Translations under genes and position numbers: made by a program
In this document: piece after piece, positions 1 to 14,199 of the stretch
How the letters are laid out: the number at the start of each line of letters is the position of its first letter
How positions within the stretch are numbered: the stretch's first letter is position 1
The notes under the pieces: model-generated
Databases searched by the model: none
Told to the model about the DNA's origin: nothing
The model's input: the letters and a program-made list of their open reading frames with translations, nothing else
Source of the DNA: Octopus sinensis
Lineage: Eukaryota
Assembly (NCBI RefSeq): GCF_006345805.1
Contig: NC_043015.1
Span: forward strand, 33,046,001-33,110,000
Length of the DNA stretch: 64,000 bases
Direction: 5' to 3'

Positions 1-257
1 GTAGAACTTCTTGTGTTGTTTTGCCTTAAACGAAATTACTTGGGCTGTCTTCGAAGACCTCAAGTGTGTGTGTGTGTTAAATTTACTCAGAAGTTTATTT
101 CTATACAGGACCTTTTTTAATAAACCCCTTTTATAAGGAACTCAGGAAGAAAAGATACATGTATTTTATTTATATTCTTTATTTTTAATTTGATTTATTC
201 ATTTACAGTTGTACATGTATTTACAGATTATTATATACAAACAAAAGAAAATAACTA

Positions 258-487
258 TTTCTTTATTGCCCACAAGGGGCTAAACATAGAGGGGACAAAA
301 AAGTACAGACAAACGGATTAAGTCGATTACATCGACCCCAGTGCGTAACTGGTACTTAATTTATCAACCCCGAAAGGATGAAAAGTAAAGTCGACCTCGG
401 CAGAATTTGAACTCAGAATGCGGCGGCGGATGAAATACCACAAAGCATTTCGCCCGGCGTGCTAACGATTCTGCCAGCTTGCCGCTT
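258..487 (-). mobile_element. tRNA-derived SINE, family A (recurs ~9 times in the window)
   Basis: The reverse complement starts with a tRNA-like head (GGCAGAATCGTTAGCAC...GAGTTCAAATTC). The body gtcgattacatcgaccccagtg...ccccgaaaggatgaaa recurs at 664-800, 10205-10380, 13838-14045, 21815-21990, 24020-24212, 26975-27135, 27660-27795 and 40160-40240. Confidence 0.85.
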
Positions 488-663
488 TCAAAAGAAAAGA
501 AAATAACACTTGCATCATTCGTGAACCCCTGTAACAGTTATTAGTTTTGATTGGGATTAACTTCATTATGATTGAATTAATTTGTTTGTTAATTAGCAAC
601 TTGGTGTTCATGTCACAACCTAGAGTCAACAACTGATGGGTTATAAGGACGGTATGTGCATTT

Positions 664-800
664 TCAGGCAGAATCGTTGGCATGCCAGGCAAAATATTTA
701 GCGGCATTTCACCCGTCTTTACTTCCTCAGTTCAAATTCCTCAAAGCCGACTTTGCTTTACGTCCTTTCGGGGTCGATAAAATAAGTACCGGTTGAGTAT
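664..800 (+). mobile_element. SINE family A, partial copy
   Basis: ggcagaatcgttggcatgccaggcaaaat...cagttcaaattcc...cctttcggggtcgataaaataagtacc matches the reverse complement of 258-487. Confidence 0.8.
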
Positions 801-1142
801 TTAGTGTTGTATAATAAAGTGTGTTTGGGTATTAATGGAGTAACTGAAAGAAGGAAATAAATAATAGATAATAAAGCACCTAGATTAGTTACACCTGAAG
901 GTAGATAGTTTTACTTATTTAGAACTTCACAATATATATATACACATTATAAATATATATATGGCCTGTTTTGATGGACTAAATATCACATGCACACGTG
1001 TGTGTGTGTGTATTTCAAACACATGTTGAAAACAACTGAACTAATTTTAGCTTTCTTATCAGGGTTTTTGACATATTCAGCATGATTTCCTTCAACACAC
1101 GCACAAACATATATACATATACATAGATACATATATATATAT

Positions 1143-1430
1143 ATCATCGTGACCGACTAGGCTATCAGATGTTGCTACACAATGCTGGTCACAATGCGCT
1201 TCGCGTTGTTTTAGCCTTCAAATGACGCCACCCTGCTGGCTAAGCGAACAGGCCAACAGAAGAAAGAGTGAGAGAAAGTTGTGGCGAAAGAGTACAGCAG
1301 GGATTGCCACCACCCCCTGCCGGAGTCTTGTGGAGCTTTAGGCATTTGCGCTCAATAAACACTCACAACGCCCAGTCTGGGAATCGAAACCGCGAGTCCG
1401 CTGCCCTAACCACTGGGCCATTGTGCCTCC
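1143..1430 (-). mobile_element. tRNA-derived SINE, family C
   Basis: The minus strand begins ggcacaatggcccagtggttagggcagcggactcgcggtttcgattccc, with pol III A/B-box-like motifs; it is flanked by microsatellites. Confidence 0.65.
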
Positions 1431-1487
1431 ACACACACACACATATATATATATATTATGAAAGTAGGAGTACACCAAGATACAATC

Positions 1488-2475
1488 TTCAGTCTTCGCC
1501 TTTTCATTGTAGTCCTACTGACCATCACAGAGGAGTTTTAAACTGTAAGTTCACAGGAATTTCTGTATGCTGATGATCTAGTTCTCATTGATGTATCTTT
1601 AGGGGAATTCGAGAGGAAATTCCAGGCATTGACTCTAAACCTAGAATCATGATGCCTCAAGTTAACTAAGCAAGTAGAAAAGTTTTAGTAAAAAAAGAGA
1701 ATAGGACCCTGGTATCTTCAGGGAAATGACCCTACACAACGTGAAGAAAAGTAGATGTATATTCCATATGTTAGACCCAGCATAAGTTATGGACACAGAA
1801 GCAGTTTAATGGAATCACAGACTAAGAGAGAAAGTTGGCTTCGTATGTGACTGATGCACCAGATTAGTAAGTTCTGTGAACACACCAGAAGTCGATTCTC
1901 TTAAGTGCCCAGGTGGCTCATTCACAGTGGCAGATTGGTTTTTTTTTTGTTTACCTGGGAGTAAAATTAGCAGGGAAGGTGATTGCTCCAAAAATATAGT
2001 AACCTGGATAAGAACAGGTTGGGAAAGGTTCAGATACCTCCTGCCACTTCTAGCAACAAAGGTCTTTTCTTTCAGAGTAAAGGGTAAGTTTTATGAGACA
2101 TGAGTTTTGAATGCAGAGGAGTTGAGAAGATGAGAAAGAAATGAAGCTAGAATGTTCCATTGGATGTGCAGGAACTACAAAGTACAAATGTGTTGGGAGA
2201 GAAATTGAGCAAAAGAGGGATTAGGATGTAGTGTACAAGAACAAAGACTGTACTGATGTGGACATGTAATGTGCATGTTTGGGAACAGCTGTATAAATAA
2301 GTGCCGATCACTAAATGTGGATGGAACTTGTGGAAAATGGAAATCCAGGAAGATACTGGACAAAATGGTGAAGGCTGATCTCAGAACATTAAACCTCATT
2401 GAGAGAAAATGGACAAAGAGGTGGGATAACTTGCAATATGCAGCCCTCAAGAAGATTTGTCCATCTTGGTGAAAC
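1488..2475 (+). mobile_element. Decayed RTE-clade LINE, RT to 3' end
   Basis: EFLYADDLVL (RT YADD motif) at ~1557. Also RTGWERFRYLLPLL and C-terminal RTE-like peptides (LNVDGTCGKWKSRKI). Many stops and frameshifts. Confidence 0.8.
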
Positions 2476-2759
2476 TAAGATTCTAGAAGCACTGTGTGTG
2501 TGAGTCAATTCTCATTTTTACAGAGTTGGGTGTTAAATCCTTGTGATTCCATGGAAGTAAGTGGTGATATTATAGATAGTTGAAGGTCTCCCCATGTGGG
2601 TGAACCTGGATTTGTTGAATTTGAATTTTTGTTGCTATTTTTGCCTGTTTTTCTATTTGTTTCTTCCCCATTTATAGGTGAAGCAGAGAAGAGAGGTGAG
2701 ATGGAGCAGGAACCAGCTGCCAGTTCTGCATCAGCTACAACATAAGGATTAAATACCAA

Positions 2760-3480
2760 CACCCTAGAAGTGCGAGAGATTAAGATTGAGCCAAAAAAAT
2801 AGGAGGGGAGTAACTTAATAGAAAAGGAAGGAGCCAGTTTGAGGCTGACCCCACTGGAGGAATTGATTAATAATGTGGCGAAGAAAACAGCTGTCTATAG
2901 GACATTGTCTACCTCTTCGAAAAAGATAGAGATTGCCGCAATAGAGGAATGCCTCGTAGACATAAAATGGCTAACCATGTTTTACACGCGAGGAAGGAAG
3001 TATAACACAGTGGAGCTTAGGTTCACCAATTAAAAGGATGCCATAAACCACTCCACTGTGCTGATAAGGACACAGGAATGGGTACTTCTGCCGACTTACT
3101 GTGGCAAATGCGTCGCCAGAGTAAGAAACGGCAGAATACCTCCTGAGATTAAGGAAGCATGGCTAGTGGCAGCAGTCATGCACAGAATCAAAGAGGCAAA
3201 AATATTGAAAATTACAAGAACTAAAAAGGTTAATTGGTTGGAGTATGGCCCCAAAATGGCAATTCAAGTGGGACTCAGAGACTTGCACGAGATTGTAGGA
3301 GAGATTATTCTACCAGAAGACATGAAGCTAAGAATGGTGGTGGAAGGCAGACCACCAACAACGTTTCTTATGTGGTTAAAAAGGGCACATGAAAGCAAGG
3401 TGCCCCCAGCAAGTGTAGATAGCATAAAACTCAGGTTGAGTGCTGCATTTCCCCTGCCATCCACTCCTCATCTCACTGCT
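2760..3480 (+). mobile_element. Decayed LINE ORF1 (gag-like, zinc knuckle), L1/Tx1-like
   Basis: ORFs 2839-3033 and 3058-3486. A +1 shift at ~3361 gives VEGRPPT-(R)FLCG*KGHMKARCP, a degenerate CX2CX4HX4C knuckle (3362-3403). Confidence 0.7.
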
Positions 3481-3779
3481 GATTAATTAGTGATGAATTG
3501 TCTTAGCTTTAACTATTAAAAGTGATGATGATTTTATGGTTTGGTGTCACTTCATTACAATTAGTGTGGTCATTGTAATCATATGATATCTGGTTATAAC
3601 ATAATTACTGGAGCCATATGATACTTTGTACAAATTATTGTGATTATTCAGTTATATATTACACTGTGTAACACGATATTTGTCATTGGATAACAACTGT
3701 TATTTCCTATTTACTTACCCCTAGAAAGTATGAAAAATGGCTAATGTTTCCTTTGCTTTTGTTACATTTATGTCAAACT

Positions 3780-3935
3780 CCAAACAATCCCTCTCAGTGC
3801 ATAGCCATGATGCTCACCCACTACTCCTACTCATCATCTGAGAAGCACATATTGTCAGCCACAAAGGGACATTCTCAGGTGGTTACGGTCAAGCAACTGA
3901 CAAGCAAATTTGTAATATTGAGTAGAATTTTTATT
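3780..3935 (-). repeat. Interspersed repeat family G, partial
   Basis: Reverse complement of 25310-25470 (gatttgcttgtcagttg...cccttagtggctgacgatatgtgc). Confidence 0.75.
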
Positions 3936-4845
3936 GTAAAGATACTTCTGCTTCAGTAACTCGTTGCTGAATCTGTCTGAAATGTAATGGAAAATAGGTC
4001 AGTTTCAAAACATCGATGTCCAGGTCACAAAAGAAAAGTTTAAAGGGAATAGTAGCCATTTCCTTTGATTTATAGATAGAAGCAAATAGGAAATAACACT
4101 TATTGACCAAAGACAAAAAAGAACAATTTTAATTTTGTTTCACAGTTTAATTACTGTGACTGTGTAATAACATATAATTAAGTAATCATTAAATAATTCA
4201 TTATAATTACTGTGCTCATGTGGTACTTAATCATAATTTAAGTACCATAGCCATATGATATTATTATGGTAATGAGACATCTTCAACTTAGAACATAGAA
4301 TATGCATCTAAATACCACATGACATCTTTTCTGACATTCAACTGATTCTGACATTCTACATCCTTCCAGACTAGTAATACCAATATGATTCCTCTGTTCA
4401 TTCTACCAAATTAGTCAAAAGTTTTTTTCCTACAAATTCAAGATATTGAGACTTTGTTTTGCTAAAGACAAATTCCAGACTCTGCTATTGAGCATCTGAG
4501 ACAAAACTGAATTTATGACATTTGTTTAAGTTAGAAATGAAAGCAATACATAACATTGAAATCACAGCTGAATTCATAGAGTTCTGTAAGTATGGAATCT
4601 TTATTTTTGACAGTTCAAGAAAATGGTAAAAATTGCTGTCAGCATTACTTAATCTGGCTGAAAGAATGAGTAAAATATTTGAAAACAATAATTATACCTA
4701 AGGCCTCGATTAAATTTCATTATGTATTAACAAAAAAAAGGCATAAATAAAAGTTGTTTTATTTATATGATTGTGTATAAATACATATGTATATATATAT
4801 GCATGTGTGTGTGTGTGTGTGTGTATGTATATATATCTATATATA

Positions 4846-4884
<39 letters not shown>

Positions 4885-4885
<1 letters not shown>

Positions 4886-5385
4886 GAATTCACGTTTAAG
4901 CAACTCCAAATAACTCCACATGACTTCTTTTTTTGGGGGGAATTTTCAGAAAATTTTTGCGAATATAAGTTCTACACACAGGAATTCATACGTTTATACA
5001 AAAAAAAATTTTTGTGTGTGATTTAAGGGTGATTTAGTTATTATTTTTAGCACATCTCACAACCACCTGAAGCCTTGGTTTCTTTGTCACATCATATATT
5101 AATGTTTTTCCATATTTCTCTCCCCATAAACACAATTAATGGAATGATGATGCACCCAAGGGTGGTCCATTGCGGGGATTTAAGCAAAAAACTTCGACTT
5201 TAAAAATAAATTCCAATAGAATGGAAATTTTAGGATTTATAGTGGGTGGGGGATAAACATTTTTTAATTTTCTCTTTTGTTGCATAATTGTATGAATCCC
5301 ATGTGTAGAACACAAATTCACCAAAAAAATTTCTGAACATTCCCCAAAATATAAAAGTTATGGGCTGCTTAAACCAGAATTTCGC
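4885..5385. mobile_element. MITE-like element with ~130-bp imperfect terminal inverted repeats
   Basis: 4885-5020 (aattc..gtttaagca...ggggaattttcagaaaattttt...gttctacaca..ggaattcatac) is the reverse complement of 5260-5385. Confidence 0.7.
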
Positions 5386-5735
5386 CATAATACACGCGTG
5401 TGTGTGTGTACACATGCGTCCGTGTACGTTTATTCATCCATAGCTATATTACTATAGCGCGAGGTGCGTAAGGGAGACAATCACTGTAAATATGTAGAGT
5501 TATTTCCCATGAAATGTTAGCCGAGACGGCTAAAACTCTGTATCCAGCAGCGAATTGCTTCTCCGTTTACCGGAAATCCAGGAATACTGAGAAATATACT
5601 GTACCCAGTATTGAATAAACAGTCCCTGTTTTTTATGTCAGTTAATTTGCATATGGCGTTAAAAAGAGTTTTGTTGTTTACTTTTTGTGTGGACTGTTAA
5701 GGATTAAACATACTCTACTTCATAGTTGTAAGCAA

Positions 5736-6128
5736 TCTCTCTACATAAAGCTGAAGTTGTCTGTGTGTGTGTGGCAGGTTTGGTAACCTTCAACTAACAC
5801 TATCTCCTCCGAGACCCTGCGGCGCAAGTTGACCAAAATTGAGAGTATGATAGAAGAAGGCTTGCTCTTCATTCCATAGAAGAAAAAATTCAATTCGGAC
5901 CATGTTAACACCAAAAATTATTTACATCAAAAAGGTCCTTTTTTTCTATGAAAATCCCTATTTTTTACGATTTTTTGACTGCCGTGTCGCCATTTTTCGG
6001 TGTATTTCAACCAGAAAAATGTTCACTCAAAGAGAATAACAAGCTACATAATGAAAAATTTTTACTTTTCAAAAATTCCATTTTTAAGGGTCGAAACAAA
6101 CCTGAGCAACGCTGGGCGATACTGCTAG
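5736..6128 (+). mobile_element. Non-autonomous Helitron-type element
   Basis: 5' TC terminus and 3' CTAG terminus, inserted between A and T with no TSD. Imperfect subterminal hairpin cctgagcaacgctggg and a short internal (GT)n. Confidence 0.65.
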
Positions 6129-6823
6129 TTTATACCTTTATCAGTTAAATACAATCACGTTCTTTATTTTTCTTTATTTAATTTTCATCTTGTAAACATT
6201 ATACTATGTATATATTATATAATAGTATACTATGTACATAGTAGAGTATGTGATATTTTAATAGATGAATAAATGTCAAACAGATCCTACTTTAGAAATG
6301 CATTAATTTGCATCTGTTGAATATAATTTAATTCCTTTCTTTTAACATAGTTCATCTTATATTTTAAGAATATATTTAGGCTGGTTTCCAGAAAACTGGA
6401 AAACCTAGAAATCCAGACCACTTCCAGTCCCAAATTTGCAAGATAGTGCACCTGAGCACTGTACACAATTATTATTATTATTATATTTGGTCCTGTACTA
6501 CATTAAGGACCAGTAATTTATTAATCAAAATTTGCTAGCAAGGTTACTCTGTATATGTTAATTGATTTATCCCCTCCCACCACCACCACCACCCACCTGT
6601 CACCTCCCTTTATTTTTAATTGAAATATTCATCATCAGTAGAGATTTAAGTGCAATTTGGTTTGAATGCCACCAAACCACTCATGAATCTGAGCCTTGCA
6701 TCCATGAGTCAATCTTGTACGTATAAGCCATCATTCAAAGTATCCAGGATTCAAACCATAATTCAACAGGCTTCGAACATCCGAAGAGTAACCAATCCAA
6801 ACGATACTTTTAGAAGTACTTCT

Positions 6824-7051
6824 TTAACCTTTTAACATTCTGTTAAATTATTCTGTCAAATTATTCTTTATTCACATTATTTTTAATTAATTATGCATTA
6901 TCTGGTAGCTTTGAGATTTTGATGATGCAATTGTTTGTTTTTAGAGTGACACTGTAGGGTAGCTGTAAGAGGCCAGATGTGGCCACTTTGAACTTGAAAG
7001 AGGTAGAATATTTGGGACAATATAAGACCAGTTTAAATGCAAAAGGATTAA
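6824..7051. mobile_element. piggyBac-like MITE
   Basis: Flanked by TTAA at 6824 and 7048, with degenerate TIRs (ttaaccttttaacatt / aatgcaaaaggattaa). Confidence 0.55.
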
Positions 7052-7179
7052 GCCATTTTTTGGTACTTCTTGAGAGTCATCCACACAAAACGTTTATCAA
7101 ATATATAACTGATACATAATCGATGTGATGCATAACCACTCTGCTGCCCATTCACATGATTCTTGTGAGTCTCTGAATT

Positions 7180-7560
7180 ACTTAGTATCTAAACAATTCT
7201 ATTTTCCTACATCATCCGGCAGATAAGATTAATGTCTTATATGCTGGATAATGTAGGAAAAACATGCAACAACAGCAACTTCAAATACTTGGACACTGGT
7301 TCCCATATAAGGTTTAAAAGTGGATCCCCCTTCCAAGTGAATGCAGATATGAACTGCAAAACACAGAATCTCATATACAGCATAACCTTTCCCAATTGCA
7401 AAGAAAATTATATTGGTGAAACCAATAATTCCATTTTCTACTGTGCAAGAATCCACAGACAACACATCAGTGTCTTTCTCATCTCTACTTTCCACAAGGA
7501 CAGTGAAGGCTATATTCTGCTGTCGGGGTCAGAATAATACTAAAACTTGTTCATAATAGC
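7180..7560 (+). mobile_element. Penelope-like element remnant, GIY-YIG endonuclease region
   Basis: ORF 7232-7537 contains MNCKTQNLIYSITFPNCKENYIGET...RIHRQHI, the GIY-YIG signature of Penelope-like elements. Confidence 0.75.
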
Positions 7561-7900
7561 CTCCCATATTAATTGAAAGACATAAACAATATTCATTACT
7601 CATTAATATTGTTTCTCTCACCACTACGTAATCATTTCTGGGTATTTTCTAATGCTGCATCGATTATAACACGGTGGCTTTGTCTCCCTGACTCAGCACA
7701 TATTTACTTTTAGCATTCCTTCAACTGAATATGTTAGTACTTTTGCAAATATTACATTTATTTGATTTCAGACAAGTATACAAGATGTTGGCACATCACA
7801 TTGTATATTAAAATTGTACCATCAATATACTAATGCATTATAAGGTGTATAATTTGAGTGACCCTCAAATGTGTTGCCATATCAAAGGTTTATAACCAAG

Positions 7901-8080
7901 ATAGGCGTAGGGGTGGCTGTGTGGTAAGTAGCTTGCTTACCAACCACATGGTTCCGGGTTCAGTCCCACTGTGTGGCACCTTGGGCAAGTGTCTTCTACT
8001 ACAGCCTTGGGCCAACCAAAGCCTTGTGAATGGATTTGGTAGATGGAAACTGAAAGAAGCCTGTCATATATATGTATATA
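7901..8080 (+). mobile_element. tRNA-derived SINE family B, 5' half (CORE-like box ccttgggcaagtgtc)
   Basis: ggctgtgtggtaagtagcttgc...ggttcagtcccactgtgtggcaccttgggcaagtgtcttctact, followed by (TA)n. Confidence 0.85.
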
Positions 8081-8719
8081 TATATATATGTAAATCATCA
8101 TTTTGTTGTGATTATTTTTGCCCCAATGGCCTCAAAACCTCCCTCCCACTCTCCACGTATTATTCGTTATATCCTCTCCCCCCACCCCCTGCTCTCTCCT
8201 TCTCCATCTCTGGATGTTTTATGATGCTAATAATACATCAATATACTTTCGTTCAGTAACATCCATGATAACGATATCTACAGAAATAAATTGACACAGT
8301 TTCATTCGATATCCTCATCGCCAGATGATAACATGTTTCTACAATTATTATTATTTTCTATTTATTTATTTATCTCAGATCTATAAGATATGGAAGATCA
8401 AATTTATTGTTTACTGAACATGGATAGATTTCCATTTCCATATTGTGTAGAATTATCAGAAATAATTATTTTTCACCAGATTTAATCTCGGTCTCCAGTC
8501 TGCTTCTCTTAAACTCTCTGCTATAATTTTTTCCTTTTGTTTTACTGGGTTTTTTTTTCACCAGTTTTATTTTAATATCTTCATCATCTTTGTTCTGAGT
8601 TTAAATCCTGCTGCTATTAACTTTTTTTTTTTTTTTTTTTCCCTTCCAAAGGTCAACCAAGTACCAGAGAAGTACATCTCAAAATTTGAGACACCAATAT
8701 TTCACCATCAATACCAATA

Positions 8720-8830
8720 TCAACACTATCATCATTACCACCACCACCACCACCACCACCACCACCACCACCACCATCATAGACATTATCGACACAGACA
8801 CCAACACAATCATCTACCGTCATCACCACT
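8720..8830. repeat. (CCA)n/(CAT)n trinucleotide tract
   Basis: Direct inspection: a run of accaccacc with flanking atc/cat variants. Confidence 0.9.
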
Positions 8831-9034
8831 ACCATCAAATCTTCTCCATAGATCAAGAGTGCAATGACAGGCTCCAGCAGGGCAACTTTTTTCAGGATTA
8901 CTTACTCTGCTAGAAATATTAGCAAAATTTCCCTTAAATAATATTCTAGTCTTTCAGAAAAGAGAGAAGACAACAAGCAATGTTCTCCTGGGTATATTAT
9001 GTCTGAAAGAAAGTAAGAAGAAAACAGGGTTGTT

Positions 9035-9415
9035 ATCATTTTTATTTTATTTGTTCCAGTCATTTGACTGCAGCCATGCTGGAGCACCACCTTTAGTCGA
9101 ACAAATTGACCCCAAGAGTTTTTCTTTGTAAATCTAGTACTTATTCTATCAGTCTCTTTTGCCAAACCGCTAAGTTACAGGAACATAAACGCACCAACAT
9201 CGGTTGTCAAGCGATGGTCAGGGAGCAAACACAGACACACAAACATATATATATATATATATATATATACACAACAGGCTTCTTTCAGCTTCCACTCACA
9301 AGGCTTTGGTTGGCCCAAGGCTAAAGTAGAAGACACTTGTCCAAGGTGCCACACAGTGGGACTGAACATGGACCATGCAGTTGGTAAGCAAGCTACTTAC
9401 CACAGAGCCACTCCT
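9035..9415 (-). mobile_element. SINE family B, full copy with central microsatellite
   Basis: Both halves are present: gactgcagccatgctggagcaccacc...cggttgtcaagcga, then (TA)n, then aaggctttggttggccc...ctacttaccacagagcc. Confidence 0.85.
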
Positions 9416-10204
9416 GATCATAGTTCTCCAAGATCAAGGCCAACCTTAGATTTCAGTTTAACTACAACTATATATGAGACCTACTGGGTTAGCTCCATTC
9501 AATTTTTTAAGCAAAAATAAGACACAGGTTTTAAACATAAAGTGATTTATTTGATCAATGATCTAATTACTTCAACATTTAAATTTAATTTACCAAAGCA
9601 TTTTCATCAGTAACGGTTTTTGATGCAATTACTATTTTGTTATGTTTTCTATCATCTGATTAAGCTGAGAATGACCAAGTTTAGTTTCCTAGTCTGTGAA
9701 GGTGTTTTATGATCAAAATGTAACTGGAATTGTTTTCCTAGTTCTCAGTTTGATTTGGATATTCCTCAACTACAGTTCTCAGAATTGGCAGAACTCAGTT
9801 TTCGACATGAAGGGGAATCTGTGAGAGAAAAATTCTGCAAGCAAATCTGGTCAAACCATTACTGGCATGTCCGTACACTTAAAACTTCATTTCCAAAGAA
9901 TAAATATTTTTTTAGCCATTCCCATTGCTGATGAGCAAACCTCTTTTGACATACAGCATGCAGTGCCTGGAATGGGTCTGATATACACTCAATTTTAAAA
10001 AGGAAAATCAATATGAATTCAACCCCTATGTTATAGAGTAATCTCCAAAGAAAGCAAAGAATATTGGAATGAGGAATTAAGGCTTAATTCACTGGACATA
10101 TTAAAAACATAAACATACAAAAAAAATCATCATGACAAAAATGCAACGGGACTAATTTTCCAACGTAATATGCAGTAGATAATGGAACATATTGGTTCCA
10201 AATA

Positions 10205-10380
10205 CTGGTACAAGGCCAGAAATTTCAGGGGCGGGGGTAAGTCGATTACATCAACCCCAGTGTTCAACTGGTGCTTATTTTATTGACCCCGAAAGGATGA
10301 AAGGTAAAGTCAGTCCTGGTGGTATTTGAACTCAGAATGTAAAGTCGAAAGAAATGTCGTTAAGCAATTAATCAGGTCTG
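10205..10380 (-). mobile_element. SINE family A
   Basis: gtcgattacatcaaccccagtg...ccccgaaaggatgaaaggtaaagtc...tttgaactcagaa. Confidence 0.8.
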
Positions 10381-10578
10381 GAAAATGAAGATAACGAAGG
10401 ATATCAACAGTAAAAGACAAAAACAACATAACACCGAGTTAGTATAACTGATATTTATTATTTCACATGAACAATTCAAACATATTCCCATCTTCAACAC
10501 CAGCATGTGTGTTTATGTTTGTGTGTGTATGCATGTGTGCACATATATATACACACACACATATATACATACACTCAT

Positions 10579-10622
<44 letters not shown>

Positions 10623-11209
10623 ATATATGCATGCAAATATGTGTGTATGTATGTAAGTGTGTGTGTCTAAGTGAATATGTGAAAACATAAACTTATACAT
10701 CTATTTATATATGTATCAATGTACATTTATATAAATGCACGTGTATATTTATAAATATATGTAAACATGTAGATACACATTACAGGTGTGTTCAAAAAGT
10801 GTCTGATTTTATTGTTTCCATGCCAAGACTAATGCTGCAGGGGCAAAATCCTTTGAGTGGGAGATGACACCACCCTTCCTGTACATGCATAAAAACATTT
10901 CCCTGCTGACAAGCACATCAATTCCTGGCTGTTACGCCTGGAGTACAGACCTATTATCTAGACTTCATGAAGACCATCATCGTGAGGATACACGGTTGAT
11001 GGTTTGGTCATCTTACATAAAAATGAAAAACCAATGAGCATGCACTCTACATGTCTGTACTTTAGGTGTAACAGCCAGGAACTGGCACGGCCTACTGCTA
11101 TGAAAATGTTCACACATGAGCAGGACACAGGCTGTCACCTCCAATCCAAAGAACTTCTCCTGTGTGGTATTAGTTTCCACAGAAAAAATAAAGTCGGGCA
11201 CGATTTGAA

Positions 11210-11558
11210 AGCTCCATGTATGTATATAGAAACATGTAAATTAACATGTAAATATATAAACATATATATATATATATATATATAATATATATATATATGC
11301 ATGTATGTATATATATATGTATACATAGTATAAACATGTACATACATGCACACAGAAACACGAATACAAAGAGATATAGTACAAAATTATACAGAAGTAG
11401 TATATAAATATCAGTGAATATATACTCTATAAGTATGTGTGTGCATAAATATATAATTATCTATATACATATATATATATGATATACATATATATATATG
11501 AACACATAAATATATACATATATATATATATGTGTATATATAGTATACATATAGTATC

Positions 11559-11589
<31 letters not shown>

Positions 11590-11660
11590 GTATACATATA
11601 TATACATGTATGTATGCAATATATATATATACACACATACTATATATGTATATATACAGC

Positions 11661-11692
<32 letters not shown>

Positions 11693-11888
11693 AGTATGTA
11701 TAAGATAATGTATATATAAATTATATGAACAGAATATTATGTGTATAGTGTGTGTATATATGTATAATATGTATATAGATATTTACATGTATGCATGCAT
11801 ATAAATTTATATATGTATGTACATATCTGTGTGTGTAAAATTGAGCATATATATATATACATACACACACATATACATATATGTCTGG

Positions 11889-11946
<58 letters not shown>

Positions 11947-11964
11947 TACACATACATATATGTA

Positions 11965-12029
<65 letters not shown>

Positions 12030-12472
12030 TATATACAAACATATACATATAAAAGTAGATATACATACATATATATATATACAAATATGTATAAACATAT
12101 ACTAATATATATATATATTTAATATGTGTGTGCATGAGTATGTAAAATATATTGTATTAAAAGATAATTGTCCTTGTGCATGAAAATATAAGATATATAC
12201 ACAGAAATCTTGTTTGTATGGATTGTCATGGTAACAAGAGAGGGCAAGGTAAAGGAAAAGAGAAAGTAAGACCCCTTAGAGTATAATTTATCAAAAAAAA
12301 TTGCTTAAAGAATGTATGAAGGTGTAAATATTATCCTGAATTCAGTGCATTATTGTATGTTATCTTCATCCATTATTATTATTATTATTATTGTATTGAA
12401 TATATAACTTATAAAATCATCTGTGTGTGTGTGTGTACGTGTCTGTGAGAGTATATATGTGTGTGTATGTGA

Positions 12473-12508
<36 letters not shown>

Positions 12509-12509
12509 C

Positions 12510-12578
<69 letters not shown>

Positions 12579-13016
12579 ATATATATATATATGCTTGATA
12601 ACATTCTGAGCAGTTATGTGCCATAACTGGGAATATACTGCTTGACAACACATACACATATATGTATGTATGTGTGTGCTTATGAATATTAATCATACAA
12701 TTAAAATTCACTATATACATATATTGTTTATATATATATATATATGTATTAATTGCAAAATGGAAAATATAAAACATTAATTACTTACTTAAAACTCACT
12801 ATATATATATATATATATGTATACTATTATAAGTCATGCACAGTTTAGAATATTTTATCAAAGTCAAAAATGAGTTTTGGATGGATTTATAGAAGATAAC
12901 TTAGTGAAATTGTGTGTCAAGTATTGAAAATAGAAAATGTTATATTAAAATTGTGTATGTATGAGAATGTAAATATATATATATATATAACTGCTATATA
13001 AATAATTATATGTATA

Positions 13017-13069
<53 letters not shown>

Positions 13070-13272
13070 AAATATTAGCTCATACATAAGGATATAATAT
13101 AATATATACTGTGTATGTATCTAAATTGTTGTATGAATAATTATGAACATACACAGATATATATAGTTTTATCAATTGCACGTACGTCATGTATTTCAAC
13201 AATTAACAACACAAACAAATCTCTAAACAAATAATTATACAGAGACATAAATATACATGCACAAATCTACAA

Positions 13273-13312
<40 letters not shown>

Positions 13313-13391
13313 GAGAGAGAGAGAGAGAAACTGACAGACAAACAAATAGATAGAAGGATAGACAACAAGAACTAGGGAGATATATACATAC

Positions 13392-13445
<54 letters not shown>

Positions 13446-13550
13446 ATATATATGTATGTATATATATATATATATATATATGTGTGTATATATAATATAT
13501 ATATATGTATGTATGTATATATATATATATATATGTATATATATGAATGC

Positions 13551-13593
<43 letters not shown>

Positions 13594-14147
13594 CATAAAT
13601 ATACATATACATATGAACATGCATATATGCATGCTTACACACACACACACAAGTGAATAGACAAACAAAAGAAAGATGCACTCAATACATTTAGTAGGAG
13701 TCATACATATTATTATTTAAAAAAGGTTTGATTGAGCCTGATGAGCCAGGTTCCAGTCATGAGCCTTTGAAATATTGTGCTGCAAGAGGCTGAATCAAAG
13801 TTTTAAATAATAGTGGTAATAATAACAATAATCATATCTACTATAGGCACAAGGCCTGAAATTTGAGGGGACGGAGATAGTCGATCACATCGACCCCAGT
13901 ACTTGACTGGTACTTAATTTATCGACCCCGAAAGGATGAAAGGCAAAGTCAACCTCAGTGGAACTTGAACTCACAATGTAGCAACAGGAGAAATACCACT
14001 AAGCATTTCGCCCAGCATGCTAACAATTCTGCCAGCGTGGCACCTTACTACTACTACTACTAACAATAATAATAAATCTATAAGTCTGAGACCTTTTGAA
14101 ATCACTTCAGGTAATTTGTCTATCAATCAAAGTATTTTACACTCTCT

Positions 14148-14199
<52 letters not shown>

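Noticed and set aside
3744-3959. ORF after an apparent splice acceptor
   Set aside because: It overlaps an antisense copy of repeat family G.
8652-8913. Poly-T acceptor followed by a His/Thr/Pro-rich exon candidate
   Set aside because: All three plus frames reach stops, and the openness comes from the (CCA)n repeat.
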